Assembly (NCBI GenBank): GCA_036172245.1
Contig: JAYWIR010000060.1
Span: 434,001 to 498,000, forward strand
Direction of reading: 5' to 3'
DNA length: 64,000 bases
Source: Raillietiella orientalis
Lineage: Eukaryota
In this document: positions 1-11,922 of the stretch, one piece after another
How positions within the stretch are numbered: the first letter of the stretch is position 1
How the letters are laid out: every line of letters starts with the position of its first letter
The notes under the pieces: model-generated
What the model was told of the DNA's origin: nothing
Databases searched by the model: none
What the model saw: the letters and a program-made list of their open reading frames with translations, nothing else
Translations under genes and position numbers: made by a program

Positions 1-3000
1 TTTCAAGGAATCGCTGATGCTGTTGTAGCTGGTCCGCAGCCTCGACGTCTGTAAGAAAAGACTGCAATGACGGACAGTGGGCAGTCAAGTATACCTTCTG
101 AGGAGTGTAGTCATGAAGTGTACATGATGTACTCGGGGACTGGACGAATGGCAATTCCAAGCCATTGTCTACATATCTGCTCTGGGCCAACTTCTGAGAC
201 AATTCTGCCTGCGAGAAAGAAAAAAAGGAACAACAACAAAAAAAAAAAAAAAAAAACACATTCCAGATGAGTTGTGCACACTCATTTAATGCACAATTAC
301 ATAACGGAACATTCATTTCCTTAGGCATTGCATGCACGCATAAGTACTTCAGTTTTTGAGAGAAGAAGTAAAAGGGGACCAAAGGGCACAAAAGAAGCGA
401 AAGGACCACCAACAACAACAAACATATAGAAGGGTGAGAAGAGAGAATTGTGTCTACGACTTACTAAAAGCTGAGACGACATATCGGAAAATATGCCACA
501 CAAATACAAATTTCATTGGCATGTTGAGAAAACTTCAAGCAAAACAAAACGGGAAAAAAAAAAAAAAAAAAAAAAAAAACGTATAAGTAACGTATAAGTC
601 TAAAATTTCCAATGTTTGTTTTACTTTTATAATCATAATCCGCTACAGTCACTGTATCAACTATGTTAGCGTTCGGCTTTTCCTGAAACAAAAAAAAAAA
701 AAAAAACATGAAAAAATGACGAAATGAAAGCAAATTTCATTTTAATGTAGTTAACATGCATTGAATTATTTTCACCTTCCATTTCCCGATTTCGGAAACT
801 GGACTCTTGCAAGTCCTTGCTGCTGACGTCACGTATACAGTTCTACTACTACTTTGCGATCGCAGAACTGCCAACGGGGAAAGATAAAAAAAAAAAGGGG
901 GGGGGGGATAGAGGTCTTAATTTGCTCGGAAACTGTGCTGCTGAAGAGTACCACTTTGTTTACTTTGAACCCGTCGTTTCCCGGATTTGCAGATTCTAAT
1001 TAAAATCTACTTCGTTTTTCCACACTTTCTACACGCTCGTTTGCTTTCACTTTCCGTACGCGCTCGCTCTTTGTGCTTGCCCGTGGTCACATCAACGTGC
1101 AATTAAATCCACGGTCAAATTATTTGATGTGATTCGAATCAATGTTCCTTCCTTCCTTCCTTCCTTTCCTTTCTTTTTTTTTTTTTCTTAAAAAGAAAAA
1201 AAAAAAAAAAGAGAGAAAAAGAAACAAATTTACGACGAGCGCCTGCATGAAAATAAAAGCAATTTGGCGAGGAAAGCAATTTCTCTTGATCACAGTGCTC
1301 TGCACAAAAAACGCTGCCATGGAAACGTCGCATCACCATCCATATTCCCCACGATGTTCCTATAGCAACCGTCATCCGATTCCCTCGAAGGACGGTGAGT
1401 ACACAAACTGCAAAGTCTTTAATGGGTTATGCGTGTTTTTCGACGGCGCAAGCAACCGGAAAAGTCGCCAAGGAAGACATGCAGAAACGGTTGCCGGGCG
1501 GGGGTGCTGCAGCTCGACTCGGGAGGGTCCACCCATCAGTGGAGCAACGCAACGGCGGGCCCACTCGGCCAGAAGAGAAGTGCAATCGGATGCACCGAAT
1601 TGCGGAAGTTACGACAGAACGGATCCGATGCGGAAGCGCAAAGAGTTTGGGGGAATTTTTCGAATGGCAAAGGCCCTACTCTGCTCCTACGACCGAGAAG
1701 ACACGCCGAAGGCGAATAGGCAAAAGGAAAGTGGGGGCAAAAAGCATGCACCTGCCGAAGGTAGAAAAGGGAATGCAGTGCCCAACTGCGCAGGCGCCAA
1801 CGCGTACGTACGGAAGGGCAGATCACGTCACCCATGGTACAGACGGTGAAACCAAGGAAACCGAAAGCAGGAGAAACCTGTGCGGAAGCAAATCGGCGCG
1901 TTAATTGGGCATGGCGCAAAAACATGAGTCGAGTTACGGCCATCTTGCAGTTCTCGGAGGTTATTATAAAACTATTCGGGAAGAAAAAGTTCCCAATGTT
2001 CCGCTGACAAAGTCGTTGGAACATTTGGACCCCCCCCCCCCAAAAGGAAGGCGAAAAAACAATCCCATCCAAAAGTCACGAAATCACGCAGCGCGCCCCC
2101 CACTCTATTCCTTCACAGTTGGCATCGTAATGATATTCTGAAAATCAGTGTCGTGTACACTACCATCCCAGAATAAAAGAATCCTGGCCAGTTTCCCATT
2201 ACTAACGTACTCGTTTTTGGAGTGCAGGATGAAAAAAGGCCTACAATCCGGAGATGGAAGGTTCCCGGATCAATGCAAAACAACTTTCCAGCCGAGGAAG
2301 GACCCCCCTCTGCTTCCAAACCGAAAGACGGAACCATTGTACCACACGTCCTGGGCTGCCGGCTCTTACCATGGGTTGTCACATGCCAGGGGGCCGGTCA
2401 TGAAGGTAACTCGTTGGGCTAAACTGGTCGAAAACATCCCTCTGGAAGAGCGGAGGGCTTCGCCCTCAGCCCTTCCTTCTGCGAAGACTGTTGGGCAGTT
2501 TCGACGAAAAAGGTCGGAGCACAACCGGAAATAGGAAGGCTACCAAGGGGAACACATTGCAAGAATTCTACATATGTGGACATGGACTGATCACATGTGT
2601 TGAAGATGTGGAACCTCAGAGAACTGCCACGGTGAGCACGAAAACAGTGTACAGAAACGTGTCCGCCGTACACGAAACGCGTGCACTCTAGATACACCGG
2701 CGGAGGATGGGAACCGTTTTTTCCTCTTTTCCCTACGCTTGTACAGAAAACGGAGACTTAGCCGTATCTTTCTGACAGACAGTCTTAAGGATTCGTGGAC
2801 TTCCGCTTCGCCAAACGGCTCATATAGCGTACATTCCTGGAGCTCGAACACCGTCAATTACAATACTTGTGCAAACACTGACACGACGCGGGCAATCAAG
2901 GTGATTCAAGGTGCCGTTTTAAAAAAAAAAGCCCCCCGACACAGCCATCATCATCATCATCACCAAATCGTGTACTAGGATGATGCAGACGCAAGCACCG

Positions 3001-3237
3001 GTCATCTCGGTGTACGCATATCAAGAGGTACGCATGCACATGGAAAGGAAGGCTTCCCAATTCAAAACCAGAGGAAGAGGAGGGAATTCTTGTGAAAATA
3101 CCGTACCAGAACATCCTTCCCGTACGCCGGAAACGACGCCTGGGGCTCGGGCAGGGGTGCCAAAATTTCGGTGACGCAGCGATCCGGGAACGGATCGCGT
3201 CTCCGGAGGATGGCCTGGTTGTCGTCGCTAACATCAC
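1..3237 (-). CDS. Partial unidentified protein-coding gene (continues off the left edge); exons 3107-3237, 95-208, 1-48
   Basis: Exons 95-208 and 1-48 are joined by a 46-nt GT-AG intron (49-94), with a T-rich acceptor before 208. The only open frame reads AELSQKLAQSRYVDNGLELPFVQSPSTSCTLHDYTPQK|TSRLRTSYNSISDSLK. Exon 3107-3237 (taatcag| ... CTG|gtacgg) reads (G)DVSDDNQAILRRRDPFPDRCVTEILAPLPEPQASFPAYGKDVL and joins in phase 0. No family recognised. Confidence 0.6.
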
Positions 3238-6200
3238 CTGATTAATGTACTCAGAGTCCTCTCTTTACATTACCTCTTCTGCAACACATCGAAGCTGGAG
3301 CTTCTCGCGAGGTTCTTTGGCTTTCTTTCAATGCGATGAAAGAAAAAATCTTTCAGTGTACAAAGGAGTGTCCTTTTTTTCGATTTTTCTGTTGAAAATT
3401 TTTTCGCTAAATCAGTACTGACCTCAAATAAAAGTTTCGCACGAACAAGTCGCGTACACTGTACATTCAAAGTCTTCGTCGTGCGCACTCATTGCGTTTA
3501 CATATACATATGTGTGTGCGTGTTGGCGTCGTTCTAATTGGCAATTTTACCGCGCGAGCTTACGTGTGCCGCGACGGGCAAAAGCGCCGTACCAAAAAAA
3601 AAATGGTACAATACCTGAGGGCGGGCTCTCGATGTTGCACTCATCTGCGCAGGCATCTTTCGATTTCAGCTTTGCCTTATTTCTGAATAATGGCATGACT
3701 AATCTCATGGGAAGGACAGAAGCCCATATTTAGCTCTGACAAATTAGGAACTGTAACACTTTACTAAACTGTAATCGTTCCGACAAATATCTTCCATGAT
3801 ATCTGATACGATTCCACCTAGAAAAAAAAAAAAAAAAAAAAAGAGGCATACAGACACATATCAGAGATATATGCACACATGTACATATCACACACAGCAG
3901 GGCATTGGTTAGGAGGGAGGAGTTTTCACAGGACCATCATTCCTTACAAGAAGGTGGGAGGAAGAAGAAGAAGAAGAAGAAGAAAGGCACTGCGTTGCAC
4001 GGTGTTAGTCCACGGCGAATCCGAGTTCACGGCTGCTGGGAACAAACTCGAAAGCGGACGTGCCGTGCCATATCTTCGCACTGCACACATTTTTCTGCGC
4101 CGTGGCACCACGGGCAGCACACAGGGAGGAGGAGAAAAAGAAGAAGACGAAGGCGACGGGGGGAAAAGAAAAACCCTCTCTGAACTTCGGAACGCTCACT
4201 CCGCAAAGATCGCGCACCAACGTTTGCGAATGGGAAAGGCTGAACGAATACAAAGCTCGGCAGTTGCCAGCGTGACGGGAGGAAAGGAGCACGGGAGATA
4301 AAAAGGAGAAGCAGTGGATCAGAACGGTTTTGTGCGAAGCCGCCGCGTGCGAGCACGTGAGGTCCCGAGGGCGGGCTGCAGGGGGAGGGCTCCGGCGGGA
4401 GTGCCCGGAGCTCCCTCGGGAGATGGTGGTGCTGCCTTTTCTCCCGTTTCCATGGCGGCGTGCGCGGTTGGGACGCCGGGGGACCGCATCGCGGGACCTT
4501 GGCTATTTTCCAAATCAGAAACAAACAGGCAAACGAACGAAAATCGAAAAGGCACGCACCCCGCACACGGAGCCCGGGCGCCGCAAAAACACTGTGGAGG
4601 CGTTTAAAAATCCATTATCTCATAAGAAGATTCACACGCAGGAGATAACGTCAAAGTGTGTTTTATCGTAGCTGCATTGGCAGATTCCCTCTCGGGTAGG
4701 CCCACTGCGCGTAGAATAAATACGCGGCAGAAAAATAAGTCAACAGCTAACCCATCGGACGCGCAGCCTTCGGCAAACAAAACGCTACGTGCCAAGCACG
4801 ACGTCTTCTCGCGCTTCTTTCGTCAGCTGGTCGCCTCTTTATCGAAAGGTCGCGGCGGGGGCGAAACCGGCCGCATGCCTTGCTGGGATGCTTCTCCCCC
4901 GTACCCACCCCACCCCACCCCACACGCACCGATGCCTTCCTGCCCGGTGGACGGGCGTCCGGGGTCGAATGGGAAACACGAAAGCTGTGTGCACTCCCAC
5001 CTCGAAGTGTACACCGGCGGCCCATGCCGAAGATTTCACCGGGCCCGTACGCAGCGGCCGGGAACGAACCACACAACCGCTTCCGTGCACGTACGATGAA
5101 ATGCGTACGTACGGACGGCGGCCAACGTTCTCACAATGCCGTGACGACGATAATCACCGTCGACTTGAAACACGGCAACCGCCTCCCTGAATGGCAAACC
5201 TCGTGGATGAGATTATCTACCGTTGCCCACTGCAATCGACGTCAACAGATAGTCGACCACTGTCGTTTCCGCATGCTGATGCTCGGCGTGGGTCACATGC
5301 ACCCTCTGGCCACAGGCATGATTTTCATTCGAATTCCTTGCATAGGAAATCGACAGTGGTCCAAGGTGAAAACAACGCCTGAAAGTGAGCATGCACATTA
5401 ACACAACGCATTCCTTCTACTAAATGGTGCTCCACTTGTTTGCTACAATTTCCATCAAATCTGATGGCACTCATGCCGGAAAAAAAAGGAAAAGAAAAAA
5501 AGGTGGCTTTGAAGAATAATGATCGCACACATTCTGGGCAATCCACACCGAACTTTTGGAGCTCATGAGAGGACAACAACTGTAATCACAAATCAGTGAT
5601 TACACAGCAAAGAATCTGCTGGCTGTAACCGTTCCTCTGTAGGCCAACAAGCAATGAATTTTGAACATCAACTTAATGCATTTCCGATCATTCCATCATA
5701 CTGCACCATCTTAAATCACAGTGAAGCTACAAACTACTCCACAATATCCTGCACGCTTAAGTAATTATGCAAAATACTCAGAAAAAACGATCAGATAAAC
5801 AGGGCTAGTCAACTGTATATGATAGACTCCCACATTTTAATTTCTCACATATGATGGTTCTTAGTTTCAAATATACAGAATCATCACAAAACTGAATAAA
5901 TGTAAAACTGTGCTCCTGAGAACCACATCTCCACAACATAACCAAGAATGTTTTTAAGATCATATCTGGCAGGCTGAAGATGGAATCCCCCACAACACTG
6001 GAATTATCAGACAGAAAACCTCTGCTAAGAACTTCTTTGGAAATGCATTCTTTTTTAAAAAGTGAGTTCTACTACGAATTACACTACTGCCTCTCATCTG
6101 CATACTTTTGCATTCAAATTTGATCAAAATGCTACCCCCATTTGGGAGACAGAGCTGCATACAAAATTCAATGCAATAATACTCAAGTGCGTGAAGCACA

Positions 6201-6666
6201 TGGTAAACTTCACACTTATTTTTATAATAAGAATCAACTGTCATCATCAATGTCTACAGTTTAATTACCTTAATGGTTCACTCACTGGTTTCACCCATAA
6301 ATATTCACCTCACTACAACACATACTGCAATATTTCGAAAAGGATTGCAATGTGGTGCACTAGAAAAACACTGCTAAAAGAAAAAAAAAAAAAAAAAACG
6401 AAACACGGCTGCTGCATCCGTGGAAAAATTTACACAATGGCAACAACGTCAAGCACAACTGGAACTTCAATAAAAGGCACACAGGACAAGTCACATTGGT
6501 CATGATCGTTCTCCATTGCAAAACTTGAAATCTCTCCTGAGTTTATTTCTCGGAAACCCAAGGATACGCTCCCAAAGGAAGGGCACATGCAGGAGAAGAA
6601 ATCCGGGAAACGAGAATAAAAGGACGGTGAATGGAATTTCCCTTTTCACCCAACGTACGCTGCATC

Positions 6667-6815
6667 GTCGGGATCACACGGGCGCAGGGCCTGCAGACTC
6701 GTGGGAAGCGCCGAGCACACTTGGCGCAGCGACACGCCATCCGCCCAGGCCCGCACGGGAGCCGCCCGCGCCGGGTGGTCTCCTGGAGAAAACCTACTTT
6801 TGGGGGGGCTTCTTC
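6667..6815. repeat. Diverged copy (inverted orientation) of the dispersed GC-rich ~150 nt element
   Basis: Reverse complement ends cgctgcgcc...tcggcgcttcc...tgcgcccgtgtgatcccgac, matching cgctgcccc...tcggcggttcc...tgcggccgcgtgatcccgac of the copy at 26816-26875. Forms a GC island in AT-rich flanks. Confidence 0.5.
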
Positions 6816-9014
6816 AGCTACTCGCAAAAGCTCCGGAAGCCTTCGCCCACGATCCGAGAGCCCACTTGATAACCATCGTTTCATGCAGGTATCAGCTCGT
6901 ACGGATACGTAACTCTTCATCCTTATCAGCAGGCGAGGGAATCCGGAAAATCAAATACATGCCAACACAAACACCATCCACGAGACTGCAAAGCCAAGGG
7001 CGTAAATAAAACAGCAGACTAGCAAAGTTCCACAGTGCTGCATGGACACTTGAAATGCTTCGGTTTCACACTGGCGGGAAGGCACGGGAAACCATTCTGT
7101 GGTGCGAGACTCCTGCAGCAGCCTCGAAGCACCAAATACACTTCTATCCTGAGGGAACCCATTAGATTGGGGACTGAATGGATTTCGGGATGCTACTGTT
7201 TATCAGGGTTCCTCCCTGTGGATATGACTAACAAAAAAGTATAATATAAGAAAGGACTGAGGAGTAGCTATAAAATAGTTGCACCCTTAACCAACAAACA
7301 AAAATCCTTGTATAAAATGGGGATTCGCTGCCTTCTGATTACTCGAGGTCTCATTTTTCAATGCAAATCTTAAAGTGAACAGCACTTCCTACAGAGAGAA
7401 CATCACGAATATTCCGAATGATCGATAAAAGAATCATCAGAACCCGAGTTCGTATTCAATCACAAGGAATCTCACAGAGCATCGTGTGTGAACAAATCAC
7501 ATGAGCTGACTGTACTTTCAGTTTTCACTACGGAGGCGATTTCACGTGACTTATCAGAAAAAAAAAAAAAGAGTACCCTACAACTTTCCTGTAGGTTGAT
7601 TACAAACTGAGCTAGAAATTTTCATAAACATTGTATTATTAGTGGACTCATATTGTTCTGTGATTGCTTGACTTTTTTTCTCTTTGCCACCACTATTACA
7701 TTTCTCATTCATTTCATTTACTGAAGCTTCCAGTTAACGAAATGGTCAATGAAATCATTTATAACATTATTTGCATCATTACATTTCAATTCCTTCATAA
7801 ATAATTGTTGTCCGTGTTAAAAGTTTTTGACTTCAACTTTCAGCTTTCGGTTACTGGAATGAAATTAAGGTGAAGTAAATGACTATCATGAAATTAGAAA
7901 AGATGTGCAAATCACCTCAAAAACGAGCATGCATCACCGAAACTTTCAAGTGCATACTGTTCAAGATACATGTTATAATTTACATTGCATATTGTTTAAA
8001 ATGCTATTAATGAAGATCAGATGGCAGCTAAAGTTGGTTTCTGTAATAACGGTTTGCGGTTTCTTACGTAGATTTTTTAATAAGGGCAAGAAATGGATTT
8101 CGATATCTTGTACTAGGATAGTCTTCAGAAATGTATCGTTTTTTCATAAAAGTGAGGAATATTGTAGGGAACAAGAGAAAAGTTTCTGCAAATAAAGAGT
8201 TTAGGGCATTTGACACAAGTCGAATAAAAGGGAATCATCCAAGGAAATGGGAATATCGATGTACAAAATGCTGCACAGGTTTCATGAGGCACGTTCCATA
8301 ATGTTCAACTTGAGTGCAGTGGACGTAAACGCCCTGTCTCGAAACCCGAAGCATTCATCGAAGTACGTTCAAAAAAGATTGTTCCTAACTTCCAAGCACA
8401 AAGAGGTTATTTAAACATAACAGAGATCCCGAAACTCTCTGCAAGTTGCAAAAAATGACTTGTCCTGCGTCACAGGATGATGCTAAATGAATCGTACCGG
8501 CAGAGTTACCAGAAATAACTGCACCGAAGATAAGCATAACGGGCGATGTTTCATCTTTCATACACTTCATTTCCAAACACAACAAGGAACCGGCAAGGAA
8601 ATTCAAAAGTCGCCTTAAAAAAATGCAAGGTTGTACTATGATAATTCGCTACTTACTACCTTCAAAGGAATTGCACAGTCCATAAAAACGGACTGTACAA
8701 TTCCATAAAAGGGAAACTATAGTCCACAATAAACTATGGATGATGGTTTACTTAAATAGGACGAAATCCAGGTTAAAAGCATAAAGCCAGAATATGTTCA
8801 TGCCGGAAATGCTTTGACAAATTTCAAAGATTTGACATAAAGTGCGACTGTACTGACTTGCCTAGACCTGCAGGTTATGCATTCATTCTCACGGGCAAAT
8901 AACAGCTGCAAAATCAAATTGGCTGGCATTAACAAATATTTCGGATTTCCCAAACGTAGGAATAGCACAAATAAAGCAGAGAATAGGAAATCGAAAACTG
9001 ATGGAAACATATAC

Positions 9015-9039
9015 CTGCCGCAGCTACATTGCTACCCAT
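9015..9039 (-). CDS. Candidate first coding exon (MGSNVAAA-G) of the unidentified left-hand gene
   Basis: ATG GGT AGC AAT GTA GCT GCG GCA G|gtatat; the phase-1 donor fits the phase-1 acceptor at 3237. There is an in-frame upstream stop and an upstream acceptor (acttacag, 9143). Confidence 0.35.
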
Positions 9040-9332
9040 GAAAATGTGAACCAAATTTAAGATTTGGATTCGAACGTGACGGCTTCAATGCCTTAGGGGG
9101 ACAGTAATGCAGCCTCAAAACCAACTCTGAACCTCCAAACCTCTGTAAGTTTTTGAATACCATGTAGAAAAATCCAATGCAGATAAATGGACATGTGCCT
9201 TGGCATCAGAACTTTTCTATCAACGTTTGCGTGTGGAAACACGATATTGAAAAGGGTCTGTAAAATTAAAAAGGGAAAGTAGTGGCTGACACTAATCAGT
9301 GAGTCGTAACTCCGCTTTGTTACTACAAAAAC

Positions 9333-9359
9333 GGGTACTATTAGAGTCTAATAGTACCC
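9333..9359. repeat. Perfect 13-bp palindrome with 1-nt spacer
   Basis: gggtactattaga-g-tctaatagtaccc. Confidence 0.9.
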
Positions 9360-9689
9360 CTCAGGCATCGAGTTTTGCAAGAGGTTTCTGTACATTTAAT
9401 CAAGAAACGGAACTACTGTTTCATCTCTTGGTTAAATGCACACAATGTCTTGCAAATGGAACTACTTTTCTGTTTGTTAACTAAATGTATGGAAACATCA
9501 TGCAACTACTGTTTATTATCATCTAGTTATTATTGCAATTTTTCTGTTGAAAAAATGATTAGATCCAAAATACGGTGGCTAGTTATAAAATTACCAGAAA
9601 GGATGTATATGTACTGTCTCCCACTATCAACCTTTCATATTTTTGCACATAAAAAAATATTGCAAAGACTTCAAACTATGCAATGCATA

Positions 9690-11922
9690 TTATTTGCTTG
9701 ACATTGATGATTTCGAAATAGAAGACTTTGATGCAGAGCGCCGTTTCTTAATTTCCTCTTGCCGCTGCTTAGCTTGTTTTTGTCGCTGGGCTAACAATTT
9801 TGCATATTCTGCTGCCTCCTGACGTCTCTTCTGTGTGCGTCTCTTTTTCAAGGCGAATCGATGGCGTTTTCGCTATTAAGAGGCGTAAAAAACAAAATTT
9901 GTACTTCATCGACAATTACCTGTAAAACCACAGGAGTTATGAGTCTCTGAATTTTAGGTGCTCGAAATCTTTCTGGTTTTCCTTCCTTTTTGGGAAGTGG
10001 TCTCTTGACAACATAACGACGCACATCATCTTCCTTTGACAAATTGAATAATTTCCGGATTTTGTTTGCTCTCTTGGGGCCAAGACGCCGAGGAATGGTT
10101 CTATCTGTCAGCCCAGGAATCTCCTAAATTAGAAATCCACTCATAAAAGTTGCATTTCACAGTTCACACATACCTTTTCTCCTTTACGAACAATCACCAA
10201 TGCAAGAACACTGAGATTGGAGTCTACAATACAACCACGAACACTTTTTCTCCTTCGCTCTCCAGTTCTTCTTGGCCTGTAGCAAGAATGACTTTTTGAA
10301 AGCAACAGGCGTACTCTTTGTGCTGTCAGTACTCCTTGTTTCATTGGAAAGCCTTGCTTGTCATTTCCACCAGAAATGCGGACCACATAACCTTTCCATT
10401 CATCTCCAAGACTATCTGCTTCCACTTCTTGACCCATTCTCTTCTCATAGAACCCACGTAGTTTTTTTTCATCATCTATGTCAATTAATTTTTGACAACC
10501 AGTAACAGGATATGATACGTTCAACTAAAATGAGAATGCTTGTTGGAAGTTTTAAATGATCAACTCAAATGAATGTTTTCAGAATGTTTCAAAAACACCA
10601 AATGTAGGCATTTTATTCACAAGAGCTACTACTTGCTACTAGTTGAAGGAATGAATAAGTTTGAAAGGCTCAAAAGCCTCTAATTAATTATCATACACTA
10701 AGACTGTTTTTACACTATAAACCTGGTCTGCATAAAATACTTGCAGATGCCATGGATTGCATACATCTACATTGTGCATTCAGATGTGGCACTTTAATTT
10801 TCTGTGTGAATCCTATGCAGTAATGACAAAATACATGCTATTTTCGGATTTCTCCAAGCATACTATCAAGAACATCGTGAACAAGCAAAAATCATTTTCT
10901 AGTTCATCCTGTTGCTTTTCTGCTTGAAAAAAATTCAAATGATCCAATGCTATTAATGCAAAAATTCCATTCAATTGCAATAATCTTTGCTGTGTAAAAA
11001 CCTGTTCACAACTGTTTCTGGTTCACGCATTTGAGCAAGCCTTTGTGTCATGCTTCAACTCCAAATCAGAAAATGCATGTCACCTGTATTTCAGATGTAT
11101 TTTTTTCATATAAACAAAACAAACCCAATTAAAATCAAACAATCCTTGGAAAAATCATGCATGGTATCACAGATAAATGAAGGAACAGTATTTCTACAAT
11201 GTTGTGTTAAGGAAAGTATAGTTCATTCCTTGCTTACACCTTTTTAATTCATGGAATCCGAAACGTGATGAGGTTCAACTTCGCAAGAGTGAGCAAATCG
11301 TGAAATGTCAATTGCTTCGGAAGTTATCTTTGCAATTCATGCAACCTGAACATCCTATTGGGCTGGGATTAGGCACTAATTCCACTGATGCACAGAAAAC
11401 TACGCTAAATTGGGTGACACATCACACCGGAAACAACTCTGTTTACAAAAAAGGCATTCAGTAAATCTGAACCTGTGCACCGACGAATTCACATTTCGAT
11501 GTAATCCTATTCCGAACAATGCAAGTTTGTGATTCTCTCCGAATATACAATTTCCTCACTAACTTGAGGAAACCACTAAACATATTTTTCACGGAATGAA
11601 AAGCAATGATCCTCCCGAATGCTTGCTAACGATGCTTCCCATCTTTGCCCTAATGGAAAAACATGCACAGAAATGCAAACTGAATTCATACACTATAGGT
11701 CTAAGCTTGGGTTTCGTTTACTAACAAAATGATAAATAACACAATTCTTCTTTGCAGAGAAAAACATCATAGTACACATTCAACAACCTGTCAATACACA
11801 TCACTTAAAACTTTTGCAATTTTTCAAAATCAAAAATATGTATTAGGGTAAATATACAATGTGTAACAAAACAAAATTTGTAATATAATTTACATTATAT
11901 TGCACATTCAAATTACCTTCAT
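9690..11922 (-). CDS. RPS6: 40S ribosomal protein S6 (eS6); exons 11917-11922, 10174-10524, 9920-10123, 9690-9872
   Basis: [15 protein letters not shown]...[14 protein letters not shown]...[24 protein letters not shown]...PKIQRLITP...[21 protein letters not shown] introns of 1392, 50 and 47 nt; intron directly after ATGAAG; Ser-rich phospho-tail. Confidence 0.98.

Noticed and set aside
1100..5500. Many overlapping 100-235 aa ORFs
   Set aside because: No recognisable domains, poly-K/F runs derived from homopolymers, and no consistent splice structure apart from exon 3107-3237; treated as intronic.
6259..6280. gtttaattacc resembling the nematode SL1 leader
   Set aside because: Only 11 nt match; no GAG|GT donor or Sm site follows.
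11265..11349. GTGATGA...CTGA box C/D-like pair
   Set aside because: It lies antisense to the RPS6 host transcript and has no identifiable rRNA guide.
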